Notes under the pieces: model-generated
What the model was told of the DNA's origin: nothing
The model's database searches: none
The model's input: only the letters and a program-made list of their open reading frames with translations
Virus record (IMG/VR): IMGVR_UViG_3300014826_000102
From: an uncultured virus (IMG/VR IMGVR_UViG_3300014826_000102)
Taxonomy: Duplodnaviria; Heunggongvirae; Uroviricota; Caudoviricetes
Length of the DNA: 64,000 bases
Direction: 5' to 3' (one strand)
Position numbers and translations under genes: made by a program
Shown: positions 49,197 to 57,653 of the stretch, piece after piece
Position numbering within the stretch: the stretch's first letter is position 1
How the letters are laid out: each line of letters begins with the position of its first letter

Positions 49197-49541
49197 ATGA
49201 AAGCGAAAGTAGTATTTAACGACATTATCCCGTTTCGTGGATTTTTGGCTATGTGCTTATGGCCGTTTATCTTTGTGCGCAACAGCGCAGCAAGCCACTA
49301 TAGCACGGTGGCAAACAACCATAAGCAGATACACGCCCGGCAACAAAAGGAAATGCTTATTTTGCCTTTCCTGATTTGGTACGGCATTGAATGGCTTTGC
49401 CGTTTGGTGCAGTACCGCAATAGCAATAAGGCGTACCGTAACATTTCCTTTGAACGTGAGGCATACGCCAACGAAAGGGATTTGGCCTATTTAGGTAGTC
49501 GTAAACCTTACGCATGGACTAAGTATTTACGCATTAAATAA
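49197..49541 (+). CDS. Conserved small protein with zincin-like pattern
   Basis: NHKQIH..QQKE..YRNISFEREAY. Confidence 0.6.
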   Translation: MKAKVVFNDIIPFRGFLAMCLWPFIFVRNSAASHYSTVANNHKQIHARQQKEMLILPFLIWYGIEWLCRLVQYRNSNKAYRNISFEREAYANERDLAYLGSRKPYAWTKYLRIK

Positions 49542-49561
49542 CCCATTAAATTTTTAGCATT

Positions 49562-50323
49562 ATGGCAGTAAAACAAACAAAGAAATTGAGTGCAGCAACC
49601 CCGGTAACAACCGTAAATAGCACCGACAAAATTTTGATGACCGACGCAAACGGCAAGTTGACACCTATTAGCCTCGCTAACCTGAAAGCAGCTTTGAACG
49701 GTGGCGTAGACCAAAACGTGCAGATGGACGGTGTGTTTATTATGACCCACCGTAAGAGCGACGATTTCCCGATTATGTATAAGCCCCATAAGTGGACGGC
49801 GCAGCAGTCAGCGGGTGAGGTGGCCGACGGCGTAGTGATCGTAGAGGGCGGCAAAATCTTAGTTGTGGCCCCGACCGATGAGGCTATGACCTGGAGCCGC
49901 GCAGCCGTAAGCGGAGGCGGTACTACTACGTCAGACCGCGTTACGGCTATGAACGATTGGAACGGCAAGACCAACACAGCCGCACAGATTACACACACGG
50001 AATGTAGTAGCAACGCCTACGCCCCCGGCTTCTGCCACCAATACAGCCGCGTAAACGCTAACGGTAAGGGCCTGACAGCAGGTAAGTGGTGGCTACCGTC
50101 ATTGGGCGAAATGATGATGATTTACGCCAACATGACTAAGATTAACTATGCGCTATCGCTGATTTCAGGCGCAACGCAACTACAGGAAACCGCCTATTGG
50201 ACTTCTACCGAGTACAGCGCGCCCAGCGCCTGGCTTCTGAACCTCAGCAGCGGCAACGCCAGCTACAACACTAAGGCATCGAGCACGTATCGAGTTCGGC
50301 CCGTCTCAGCATTTATTGCTTAA
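49562..50323 (+). CDS. DGR target protein 2 (tail adhesin with CLec-like C-terminus)
   Basis: DWNGKTNT, WWLPSLGEM, YWTSTEYSAPSAW..RVRPVSAF; last tail gene. Confidence 0.87.
   Translation: MAVKQTKKLSAATPVTTVNSTDKILMTDANGKLTPISLANLKAALNGGVDQNVQMDGVFIMTHRKSDDFPIMYKPHKWTAQQSAGEVADGVVIVEGGKILVVAPTDEAMTWSRAAVSGGGTTTSDRVTAMNDWNGKTNTAAQITHTECSSNAYAPGFCHQYSRVNANGKGLTAGKWWLPSLGEMMMIYANMTKINYALSLISGATQLQETAYWTSTEYSAPSAWLLNLSSGNASYNTKASSTYRVRPVSAFIA
50195..50314 (+). repeat. DGR variable repeat VR2
   Basis: Matches 13454-13576; identical 27-bp 5' end and 25-bp 3' end. Confidence 0.88.
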
Positions 50324-50350
50324 TCTTTAGTTCTTACTCTTTAATCTTTA

Positions 50351-50372
50351 GTTCCCGGCGAAAGCCGGGAAC
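50351..50372 (+). other. DGR target-recognition hairpin
   Basis: GTTCCCGGC-GAAA-GCCGGGAAC. Confidence 0.8.
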
Positions 50373-50393
50373 ATTACAACGAAACTTGCAAGC

Positions 50394-50528
50394 ATGGCAG
50401 ACAAACCTATAAAGTTAGTATCTAACACGCAACTATACTTAGATTGCGAAGCGTTGTTAATCGAGATTTTGGACGTTACGCCCAATTTCCCGCGAGACTA
50501 TAAGTTTACCATTGGCGCAGATATGTAG
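50394..50528 (+). pseudogene. Truncated Avd-like four-helix-bundle gene (44 aa)
   Basis: MADKPIKLVSNTQLYLDCEALLIEILDVTPNFPRDYKFTIGADM; FPRDYKFTIG resembles the Avd N-terminal motif; expected DGR position. Confidence 0.7.
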
Positions 50529-50586
50529 TGTTAATCAGTCAGCGCAATAACGACATAGTGATAGAACTTTATAAAAAGTAATTGGT

Positions 50587-50970
50587 ATGGACTACGCAGG
50601 TATTATTGAAATTACAGCATCAATGGGCGCAGCTATCGGAGGTTGGGAGTTTATTAAGTATATGCTTAATATACGTACCAATAAGCGTAAGGAGAGATCG
50701 GAGGCAGACAAAGCCAAAGCCGAAGCCGACAAAGCAGAGGCAGAGGCCAATAGCGCGGATTTTTCCGTATTACGGGAAACGGTAGAATTTTTGCAACAGC
50801 AGCTAAAGGAAAAAGAGGAACGTTTTGCAAGCCAGACAGACCGTTTGCGCAAGGTGCAGGATGATTACTTTACCCTACTGCAAGAAAAGGCTAAAGCCGA
50901 CCTGGAACTACAGCGTTTTCGATGCGTGCGCCCGAAGTGCGCACAAAGAGAACCCCAAAACGGCTATTAA
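50587..50970 (+). CDS. Holin-like protein (N-terminal TM plus coiled coil)
   Basis: Directly before endolysin. Confidence 0.55.
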   Translation: MDYAGIIEITASMGAAIGGWEFIKYMLNIRTNKRKERSEADKAKAEADKAEAEANSADFSVLRETVEFLQQQLKEKEERFASQTDRLRKVQDDYFTLLQEKAKADLELQRFRCVRPKCAQREPQNGY

Positions 50971-51001
50971 CTAAAAATATAAATCCTTAAAACTAAAAGA
51001 A

Positions 51002-51580
51002 ATGGCAAACGTAGAGAAAATCGTACCGTTTATCCTAAAATGGGAAACAAGTACAACAGGCGTTGGAATGACTAACGAGCAGCTATTTGAGAAAGCCCGT
51101 AAGAAAGGTTTTGCAAACGATCCGCACGATTTGGGCGGTGCTACGATGTGTGGTGTGACTATCGCCACCTATACAGAGTATCGCAGACGTAAGGGATTAC
51201 CAAAGCCGACGGTAGAGCAATTAAAGGCTATACCCTACAAAGAATGGCTTGAAATCCTAAAGGCTATGTTTTGGGATCGTTGGAAAGCAGACCAAATCAG
51301 AAATCAGTCTATAGCTAATTTCCTGGTTGATTGGGTATGGGCAAGCGGTAACTACGGAATCAAGTTACCACAGAAGATATTGGGCGTTACTATAGACGGC
51401 GTAGTAGGCCCTAAGACGATTGCAGCCGTTAACGCCAAAGACCCTGATACGCTGTTTTATCAGCTTATACAGGAGCGTATAGACTTTACGGATAGAATCT
51501 GTAAGAGCAGGCCACAGAACAAACGTTTTTACACGGGTTGGATTAATCGTATTATTGACCTTAAATATTCGAGAGTATGA
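51002..51580 (+). CDS. Endolysin, glycoside hydrolase family 108
   Basis: NDPHDLGGAT..GVT, DGVVGPKT, FYTGWINR. Confidence 0.88.
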   Translation: MANVEKIVPFILKWETSTTGVGMTNEQLFEKARKKGFANDPHDLGGATMCGVTIATYTEYRRRKGLPKPTVEQLKAIPYKEWLEILKAMFWDRWKADQIRNQSIANFLVDWVWASGNYGIKLPQKILGVTIDGVVGPKTIAAVNAKDPDTLFYQLIQERIDFTDRICKSRPQNKRFYTGWINRIIDLKYSRV

Positions 51581-52131
51581 ACGATAGAAGATGTTTTAAA
51601 AGACAGCTAAACACGCTGTTAGTGATTATTACTTTGGCGGCTACTGCCTGGCTTGTATGTGGGTGCAGATCACACAAGACGGTTATAGACGAAAGCCACA
51701 ATACGGCTTTTGTAGATACTACTAAGGTTGAGGCCGACAGCACAAGCCAAAGCCACCAGGTAACAGATACCACAAAGACCGGGACACAAACCGAGCAAAG
51801 CGCATCTATTGAGTTTGTGGACGGAGGCGGTACGGTTACTATTGACAGCACGGGTAATGTAACGCTATCCGGCGTTAAGTCCATCAAGGGTAATTTTAAG
51901 CGGAAAGCCAAAGAGGAAAAAGGCATTACCCAGGTTGATGAATCTGTTAGTACCCATGATAGCAAGCACGGTGGTATCGGCTTAATTGAATCAGAGAGCA
52001 GGCACGAAACTAAGGAATCTAAGGCAGAGACCCCCAAATGGTATCAGACTATCTTAGCTAAGATCGGAGGGCTTTTCTGTATAGCAGCTTTGATCTATGC
52101 AATATTCCTGTACTTGAAAAGAAAATTTTAA
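51577..52131 (+). CDS. Lipoprotein with C-terminal TM (unimolecular-spanin-like)
   Basis: LVCGC lipobox, C-terminal hydrophobic helix, follows endolysin. Confidence 0.65.
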   Translation: MNDRRCFKRQLNTLLVIITLAATAWLVCGCRSHKTVIDESHNTAFVDTTKVEADSTSQSHQVTDTTKTGTQTEQSASIEFVDGGGTVTIDSTGNVTLSGVKSIKGNFKRKAKEEKGITQVDESVSTHDSKHGGIGLIESESRHETKESKAETPKWYQTILAKIGGLFCIAALIYAIFLYLKRKF

Positions 52132-52160
52132 AAACAAACGTTTTTCGTATATAGTGCTTT

Positions 52161-52199
52161 GCCCGCGTCAGTCCGAGAGGGATAGACGCGGGTACTTTT
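52161..52199 (+). terminator. Late operon terminator
   Basis: gcccgcgtc..GAGA..gacgcgggt-actttt. Confidence 0.65.
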
Positions 52200-52215
52200 A
52201 TAGAGTTGTTTTTAC

Positions 52216-53442
52216 CTACAGGTTAAGAAATTCGTTTTTCTTTAACACGTAGTCAATCACTTTACGGTTTGCGGCATCTACTTTGTCGCGGTTGTATTTG
52301 ATGTAGATACCTGTTACCTTTGCCCCGTGAGTGTGGCCCAGGGCCTCACTAATCGTATCTTTGGGTATATCCAATTCGGCTGCATACGTAGCCCAGGAAT
52401 AACGTGCCCAATACCAACTTAGCTTTTTGTCTAACGGTATCATTTTAGGTTGACCGTTTTTGTGCTTTGCGTTACCGTCTGGCAGGCCAAGACGCGCCAG
52501 GGCGTTGTCTATTGTGCCCCCACAGGCTTTAACGTTAGTGCAGCGGTCAAATATACTTAGCAGATGATCTTTGCCCCTGTAGCGGCTTAGAATGGCTTGC
52601 GCTTCCGGCTCAATCCTGATGCTATAGAGTTTGCCCGTTTTGGCACGTCTGTACTCTATACGGCCATCTATTACGTTATCGTCTGTAAGCCCCGCCAAAT
52701 CTGCAAAGTTAATCCCGATCAGGTAGAATGATAACAGGAACATATCGCGGTATTCTGTATAATGGTATCGCGTTTCCAGGTTTACCAAAGTACGCATCTT
52801 TTCTATAGGTAGTACACGCATACGGGTATCTTCTGTTTTAATCCTGTAGTGCCTGAATGGGTTATTAGTCGTTATATCACGATCCAGGGCGTAGTTAACG
52901 GCCCGTCGTACCACTTTCAGGTAAGCAGCCCTGGTATTAACTTTCAAGTCGGATAGCGACGTATAATAATCATCTATCCAGGCGGGCGTTATCTGTTCGC
53001 ACGTAATCTTAGAGCAATCGCCACAGAACGTATTAAGACGGGCTATAGCTGTTTTGGCTATGTACTTTGTGTTATCGGCCCGGCCATCCGTTGTTTTCAT
53101 TATCAGATCGTACAGAGAGGGCACACCAACGGTAGGCTTTTGCAGATCAAGGTTAGTGAGCATTTCGCGTATTTGCGCCCGTGAGAGTTTGCCCCATTGC
53201 CCCGTTTCGACCAATTCCAGAATACGATTACCTGTTAGCGTCAGTAGGTTGGTAAGCACATCATTGATACGCTTTGCGTTTTTACCTATGCAGCGTTTGG
53301 TTGTAGCGTCCCAATCGTCAGGAGCCAAATAGATTTCTGTACCCAGGTAGATGTTAGTACCATGCCCTACGACGATTTGCACCGGGTACGTACCATCTTT
53401 CAAGGCCCTGCGGGTATCAAGTCTTAATGTGGATTTTGCCAT
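52216..53442 (-). CDS. Tyrosine integrase of prophage 1
   Basis: Arm-binding N-domain, GINFADL, RAKTG, YWARYSWAT, EALGH, TGIYI. Confidence 0.92.
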   Translation of the reverse strand: MAKSTLRLDTRRALKDGTYPVQIVVGHGTNIYLGTEIYLAPDDWDATTKRCIGKNAKRINDVLTNLLTLTGNRILELVETGQWGKLSRAQIREMLTNLDLQKPTVGVPSLYDLIMKTTDGRADNTKYIAKTAIARLNTFCGDCSKITCEQITPAWIDDYYTSLSDLKVNTRAAYLKVVRRAVNYALDRDITTNNPFRHYRIKTEDTRMRVLPIEKMRTLVNLETRYHYTEYRDMFLLSFYLIGINFADLAGLTDDNVIDGRIEYRRAKTGKLYSIRIEPEAQAILSRYRGKDHLLSIFDRCTNVKACGGTIDNALARLGLPDGNAKHKNGQPKMIPLDKKLSWYWARYSWATYAAELDIPKDTISEALGHTHGAKVTGIYIKYNRDKVDAANRKVIDYVLKKNEFLNL

Positions 53443-53456
53443 ATTATTTGCTGATT

Positions 53457-53478
53457 GTTTGCTGAAAATTTGCTGAAT
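53457..53478 (+). repeat. att-associated direct repeat, right copy
   Basis: Identical to 3256-3277; extra TTTGCTGA at 53447-53454. Confidence 0.85.
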
Positions 53479-53658
53479 TTAGTACCAGGTAGTACCGTTA
53501 AATGCCATTTTAGGACTGAATCGGTATAACTGAAAAGGTAGTGTTTATTGGGGAAAATGCCTGTAAATACGGGGAATCAGGGATTAGGGCGCGATTTCCA
53601 CTTAATAATCCCATAATTCTTTCTAATCTTTAATATACTAATGTTTGAATAATCATCT

Positions 53659-54258
53659 CTAAGTATTCTTGATGGTGATATGTCCCAAGGCACCATAGAC
53701 AAACTTGGCGACCTGCGGCTTGGTGGCTTCCTCTGAGAGACCATGGGCAATACGGCCGTAGATGTAAGGCACCTCCAGACCCTTGATGCAATAATGGGTG
53801 ATGTTTGCCACCAGATCGACATTGTCTATGTCAAACTCACCGTCTTCCTTACCCTCGCGGAACACTTTGCAGAAGAGTTCTATCTCTGCTGCGTCGAAAC
53901 TCTTGCGGACCTTCTCCACCATCCATATATTACGGAAGAACTCGGCACGCAGGTTACCATTGCGCACCACCGTCTCACGAATCATGTTCAGATGGGTGTA
54001 AATCAGTTCCACAACCTTGTCCTGAGGGCGTATCTTACGCGCTGCCACCTCGTCGAGCTTGTCGGACAAACGCTCCAGCTCACCCTCGATGACCGCATAA
54101 TAAATATCTTCCTTGGATTTAAAATAGGTATAGAGGGTACGGCGTCCCTTACCTGACGCAAGGGCAATGTCATTCATCGTCGTATTCTCCATCCCGTTCT
54201 TGGCAAACAACTGACGTGCCACGTCTACCAATTTCTGCCTGGTCTTTGATATTGACAT
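53659..54258 (-). CDS. TetR/AcrR-family transcriptional regulator (host)
   Basis: ARQLFAKNG..TTMNDIA..GRRTLYTYFKSKEDI. Confidence 0.93.
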   Translation of the reverse strand: MSISKTRQKLVDVARQLFAKNGMENTTMNDIALASGKGRRTLYTYFKSKEDIYYAVIEGELERLSDKLDEVAARKIRPQDKVVELIYTHLNMIRETVVRNGNLRAEFFRNIWMVEKVRKSFDAAEIELFCKVFREGKEDGEFDIDNVDLVANITHYCIKGLEVPYIYGRIAHGLSEEATKPQVAKFVYGALGHITIKNT

Positions 54259-54285
54259 CTTTTAATCCTCCCAAATTATTTCGTA

Positions 54286-54316
54286 TTGCACATATAGAAT
54301 ACAATGTGCAAAATTA
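54286..54316 (-). promoter_or_regulatory. tetR promoter with overlapping inverted repeat (candidate operator)
   Basis: TTGCACAT-N10-ATGTGCAA overlapping minus-strand TAATTTTGCA. Confidence 0.55.
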
Positions 54317-54449
54317 GGAAATACTTTCCAAACTGCCAAATAATTTCAAAGAAAAGACGCAAAAAACAGCAATATCACAAAAAAAGAGCATAAATATTTT
54401 GTGTTTTCAGAAAATAGTCGTACCTTTGCACCCGCTTAGAAGAAATGAT

Positions 54450-54522
54450 CGCGGAGTGGAGCAGTTGGTAGCTCGCCAGGCTCATAACCTGGAGGTCGCA
54501 TGTTCGAGTCCTGCCTCCGCAA
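54450..54522 (+). tRNA. tRNA-Met (CAT), initiator-type
   Basis: Cloverleaf, anticodon loop CTCATAA, C1:A72 mismatch, TTCGA; promoter TACCTTTGCA 54421-54430. Confidence 0.92.
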
Positions 54523-54659
54523 CTAACAACCTTGAAGGAGCCCTGTTTATCGGGGCTTCTTGCGTTAAGGTACCCCAGTACTCGGACAAATACGGGCATG
54601 GGACAGACAACAGTATTAACTTTCTTGCGGGAGAGAGCCATCTTTCGCAAGAAAAAAAA

Positions 54660-55823
54660 ATGGCATATAGCTTAGAAAACACCTCGCCCGCGTGTATAAT
54701 CCGGACATTCACCCTACCCCAGCTCTACAAGGGGAAGCAATGGTACGTAGGCTTCACGGCTTACGACCCGGTCACCAACAGGCTCAAGCGCAAGAAGTAC
54801 ATGCTTGACCGAATCAAACTCGCTGGAGACCGTAAGCGGTATGCCACACTGCTCATCAGGCGTATCAGTGACGCACTGATGAACGGGTGGAATCCGTTTA
54901 TCCATGCTGAGACCACCAGGCAGATGGTACCCATCAGGAAGGTGCTTGAGATCTACGGTGTCTACCTGGATGCCATGGAGCACCAAAAAGCGATGAAGCC
55001 CAAGACGGTGTATGACTACAAGAGCCGTCTGGGTGCGCTGGAGACCTACCTTGACGAGTGCCAGCCGGAGGTGAAGTTCATCTACCAGTTTGACCAGGGC
55101 TTTTGCATTGACTACCTTGATTACTTGATACTAGACAAGGATGTCAGTGCCAGGACCAGGAACAACCACCGCACATGGCTCTCCACCTTCAGCAGCTGGC
55201 TTATTGACAGGAAGTTCATTGAGAAAAACCCCGTGGAGAACATCAAGCAACTCCGGGAGGACGAGAAGAAACGAGACGCACTGACACCCGAGGCTCTCGC
55301 ACACATGCGCGTATACCTATATAAATATAACAGACCATTCCTGCTTGCATGCATGATGGAATACTACACATTTATACGACCCGACGAGTTACGGCACATC
55401 CGGTTGAGGGATATCTCCATTGAGCGGATGGAGATAACGGTGCCGGCAAGTGTGTCAAAGAACGGCAGGGAACGCACCGTGGGGCTGAACGGCAAGCTTA
55501 TCAAGCTGATGTATGAGCTGAACGTGTTCAGCCATGGTAACCACGAGTATCTTTTCAGCTGGAAGTTCCTCCCTGGCGAGGATATAACCTATCTGAACGC
55601 ATTCCGGTTTGAGTGGAGGAAAATGCGCCGAGCCTTGAAGTGGCCCGACAGTTATCAGTTCTACAGCCTGAAGGACTCCGGCATCCGTGACCTCGCCAAC
55701 GCTGAGGGCGTAGTGGTGGCAAGGGACCAGGCTGGACACTCAGACATCGCAGTCACCAACAAATACCTCAAGCGCGGCAAGATAGTCCCCGAATGCGTCA
55801 AGCGCTTCGACGGAAAGCTATAG
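54660..55823 (+). CDS. Tyrosine integrase of prophage 2
   Basis: FIRPDEL, SKNG, FYSLKDSG, QAGHSDIAVTNKY; start reassigned to ATG 54660. Confidence 0.9.
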   Translation: MAYSLENTSPACIIRTFTLPQLYKGKQWYVGFTAYDPVTNRLKRKKYMLDRIKLAGDRKRYATLLIRRISDALMNGWNPFIHAETTRQMVPIRKVLEIYGVYLDAMEHQKAMKPKTVYDYKSRLGALETYLDECQPEVKFIYQFDQGFCIDYLDYLILDKDVSARTRNNHRTWLSTFSSWLIDRKFIEKNPVENIKQLREDEKKRDALTPEALAHMRVYLYKYNRPFLLACMMEYYTFIRPDELRHIRLRDISIERMEITVPASVSKNGRERTVGLNGKLIKLMYELNVFSHGNHEYLFSWKFLPGEDITYLNAFRFEWRKMRRALKWPDSYQFYSLKDSGIRDLANAEGVVVARDQAGHSDIAVTNKYLKRGKIVPECVKRFDGKL

Positions 55824-57653
55824 CTATAGTATCTCATAGAAATAACCGGTCTTCATTCGGTCGATACCCGCATCGGTGATTTTAATTTCTATTTTCGAAG
55901 CCAGATACCGTTTATTGTGGAAGACATATATCCGTGTAGGGTCAGGTATGCCATCCACCAGAAACTTATAGCAAATCTCATTGTTGACATCAACGGTGCT
56001 CTCAATCTTGATGCTTCCCCTGTGCAGCTCTCCGATATGGTGAGAATTAGGATGCGCATCGGTTAATGCCATGGAATATGCCTTTTTCTGATATCCTGTA
56101 CGATAATCCACCTCTGAGGTTGGGATACCATACGTTGCATCATTTGATTGCGGCGGGTTGTAAGCATACTCGTCAGCCCAGATGAGAAATATGACGTTGT
56201 CGTCATCCGTCTCCTCCGTATCCTTCGACTCGCTGTCCTCAATGATGTTGGATACAGACAGGTAACCTTTCTCGTCATAGTCGATATATGAATTCCCGTC
56301 AGGGTTCTCTACATTCGGAAGTGTCAGCAGATTCCGCCATGTCTGCTTGTGGAAGCTGTCTGTGGTACCGTTCGCCATGTAATAAGTGTCGTAGACTTTC
56401 TTGACCATATTGGCAGGACACATCTTCAGTGTCACGAAAGTCTCACTATCCACGTCCCTGTACAGTGGTCCGAATGTCCCGAAACGCTTGAGGATGAACT
56501 CTCCTGTATCCTCATCGTTGTCGTCGTATTTGTGTCCGTAGAAGAAATAGCCCATGTTGCAGTGGAAAACGTGTGTGAACTTGTCTTTCTCGCTCATAGA
56601 CTGGAATGCTGTGAGCAGTACGGTATAAGTCGGATACTCCAGAACCTCGAACATCTGCAGCACCTCTGCGGGAATATCGTCCATTGTCCTGTCCCCACCC
56701 CTGAGGTCATAGTTGATGTTCGACCCGCCCAGGTACTCGATGCCGTCCTCGTCGAAGTTCGTCTTGTACTCCTCAGCCACCTCGTAGGCTGCATCCAGTG
56801 ACGTATCAATCTCGTTGTTCCTCCTGATGCTGACCTCTTTTTTGTTGTCATCAAAGATAAAGGAGGCGTTGAAAAGTTTCCGGAACTCGTCGAGGAACTT
56901 ATTCACAGACCAATGCGGCAAGGCATAGGCGATATTCACAGTCTGCCGCGCGTTGGCGATGATGAGTTCGTTCCATGGGGCGACATCGTATTCATTCTCC
57001 TTGACGGAGTATCCCATATACTGCAGTACACACTTAAGCACCATCATCAGGTTCGGCTGTACGGCGATGTTGTTCAGGGAAGTATACCCGTAATCATTAC
57101 CCCTAATCGTCAATGCCGTGAAGTTGACGATGATGTCACTGTTAACATCATAGGTAGGCATGAACACATACCGGTATTTGTCTCCCACATAGCCCTTAGC
57201 CCTTATCTCATCCCGGACCCACACCATCTCAGACTCAGGAATCCTGTCATACTCCAAATGGTTATGGTTGTATTTCTTGTCGACAGCCGGATAGGTATCG
57301 ATGCGGTCGATGAACACCTTCAGGAAGTCCGCCCGATATCTCACATTGGTGTAGCCTCCGACAATCTGCAGCTTGACAGCCGACTCAGTGACCTCAGTTA
57401 TTCTCCCAGAACCACTGATTAACAGGATATTGTCGGCATACAGCAGACAGTCATCGAACAGTTCCATACGCTTAGAAACATCAGGGCGGTGGACACTAAC
57501 GAAGCACCTGGCATTCTCCGGTATAGCCATGGGGAAACTGATATCCATGGTATAGGAGTCGCTGTTCTTTACGTAAGGATTCTCCTTTGTCAGTTTTATC
57601 TCACTCTTCAGGTCGGGGAAACAGACCTGGTTATTAACATAGCACCGTATCAT
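55824..57653 (-). CDS. Phage tail-associated protein
   Basis: 609 aa, coupled to the tape measure stop. Confidence 0.65.
   Translation of the reverse strand: MIRCYVNNQVCFPDLKSEIKLTKENPYVKNSDSYTMDISFPMAIPENARCFVSVHRPDVSKRMELFDDCLLYADNILLISGSGRITEVTESAVKLQIVGGYTNVRYRADFLKVFIDRIDTYPAVDKKYNHNHLEYDRIPESEMVWVRDEIRAKGYVGDKYRYVFMPTYDVNSDIIVNFTALTIRGNDYGYTSLNNIAVQPNLMMVLKCVLQYMGYSVKENEYDVAPWNELIIANARQTVNIAYALPHWSVNKFLDEFRKLFNASFIFDDNKKEVSIRRNNEIDTSLDAAYEVAEEYKTNFDEDGIEYLGGSNINYDLRGGDRTMDDIPAEVLQMFEVLEYPTYTVLLTAFQSMSEKDKFTHVFHCNMGYFFYGHKYDDNDEDTGEFILKRFGTFGPLYRDVDSETFVTLKMCPANMVKKVYDTYYMANGTTDSFHKQTWRNLLTLPNVENPDGNSYIDYDEKGYLSVSNIIEDSESKDTEETDDDNVIFLIWADEYAYNPPQSNDATYGIPTSEVDYRTGYQKKAYSMALTDAHPNSHHIGELHRGSIKIESTVDVNNEICYKFLVDGIPDPTRIYVFHNKRYLASKIEIKITDAGIDRMKTGYFYEIL

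Larger units (their letters stand above)
3229..53636. mobile_element. Prophage 1, temperate siphovirus-like, ~50.4 kb, inserted between tetR and fabG
   Basis: Ordered repressor, replication, packaging, head, tail, lysis and integrase modules. 22-bp direct repeat near both ends and TTTAATAT at both junctions. Exact ends inferred. Confidence 0.92.

Noticed and set aside
50195..50314. VR2 as the template repeat for VR1
   Set aside because: It lies in a coding 3' end with its own hairpin and has non-A bases where VR1 has A, so it cannot be the template.
54399..54659. N-terminal extension of integrase 2 (474-aa ORF)
   Set aside because: It overlaps the tRNA and its promoter; ATG 54660 gives a normal-sized integrase.
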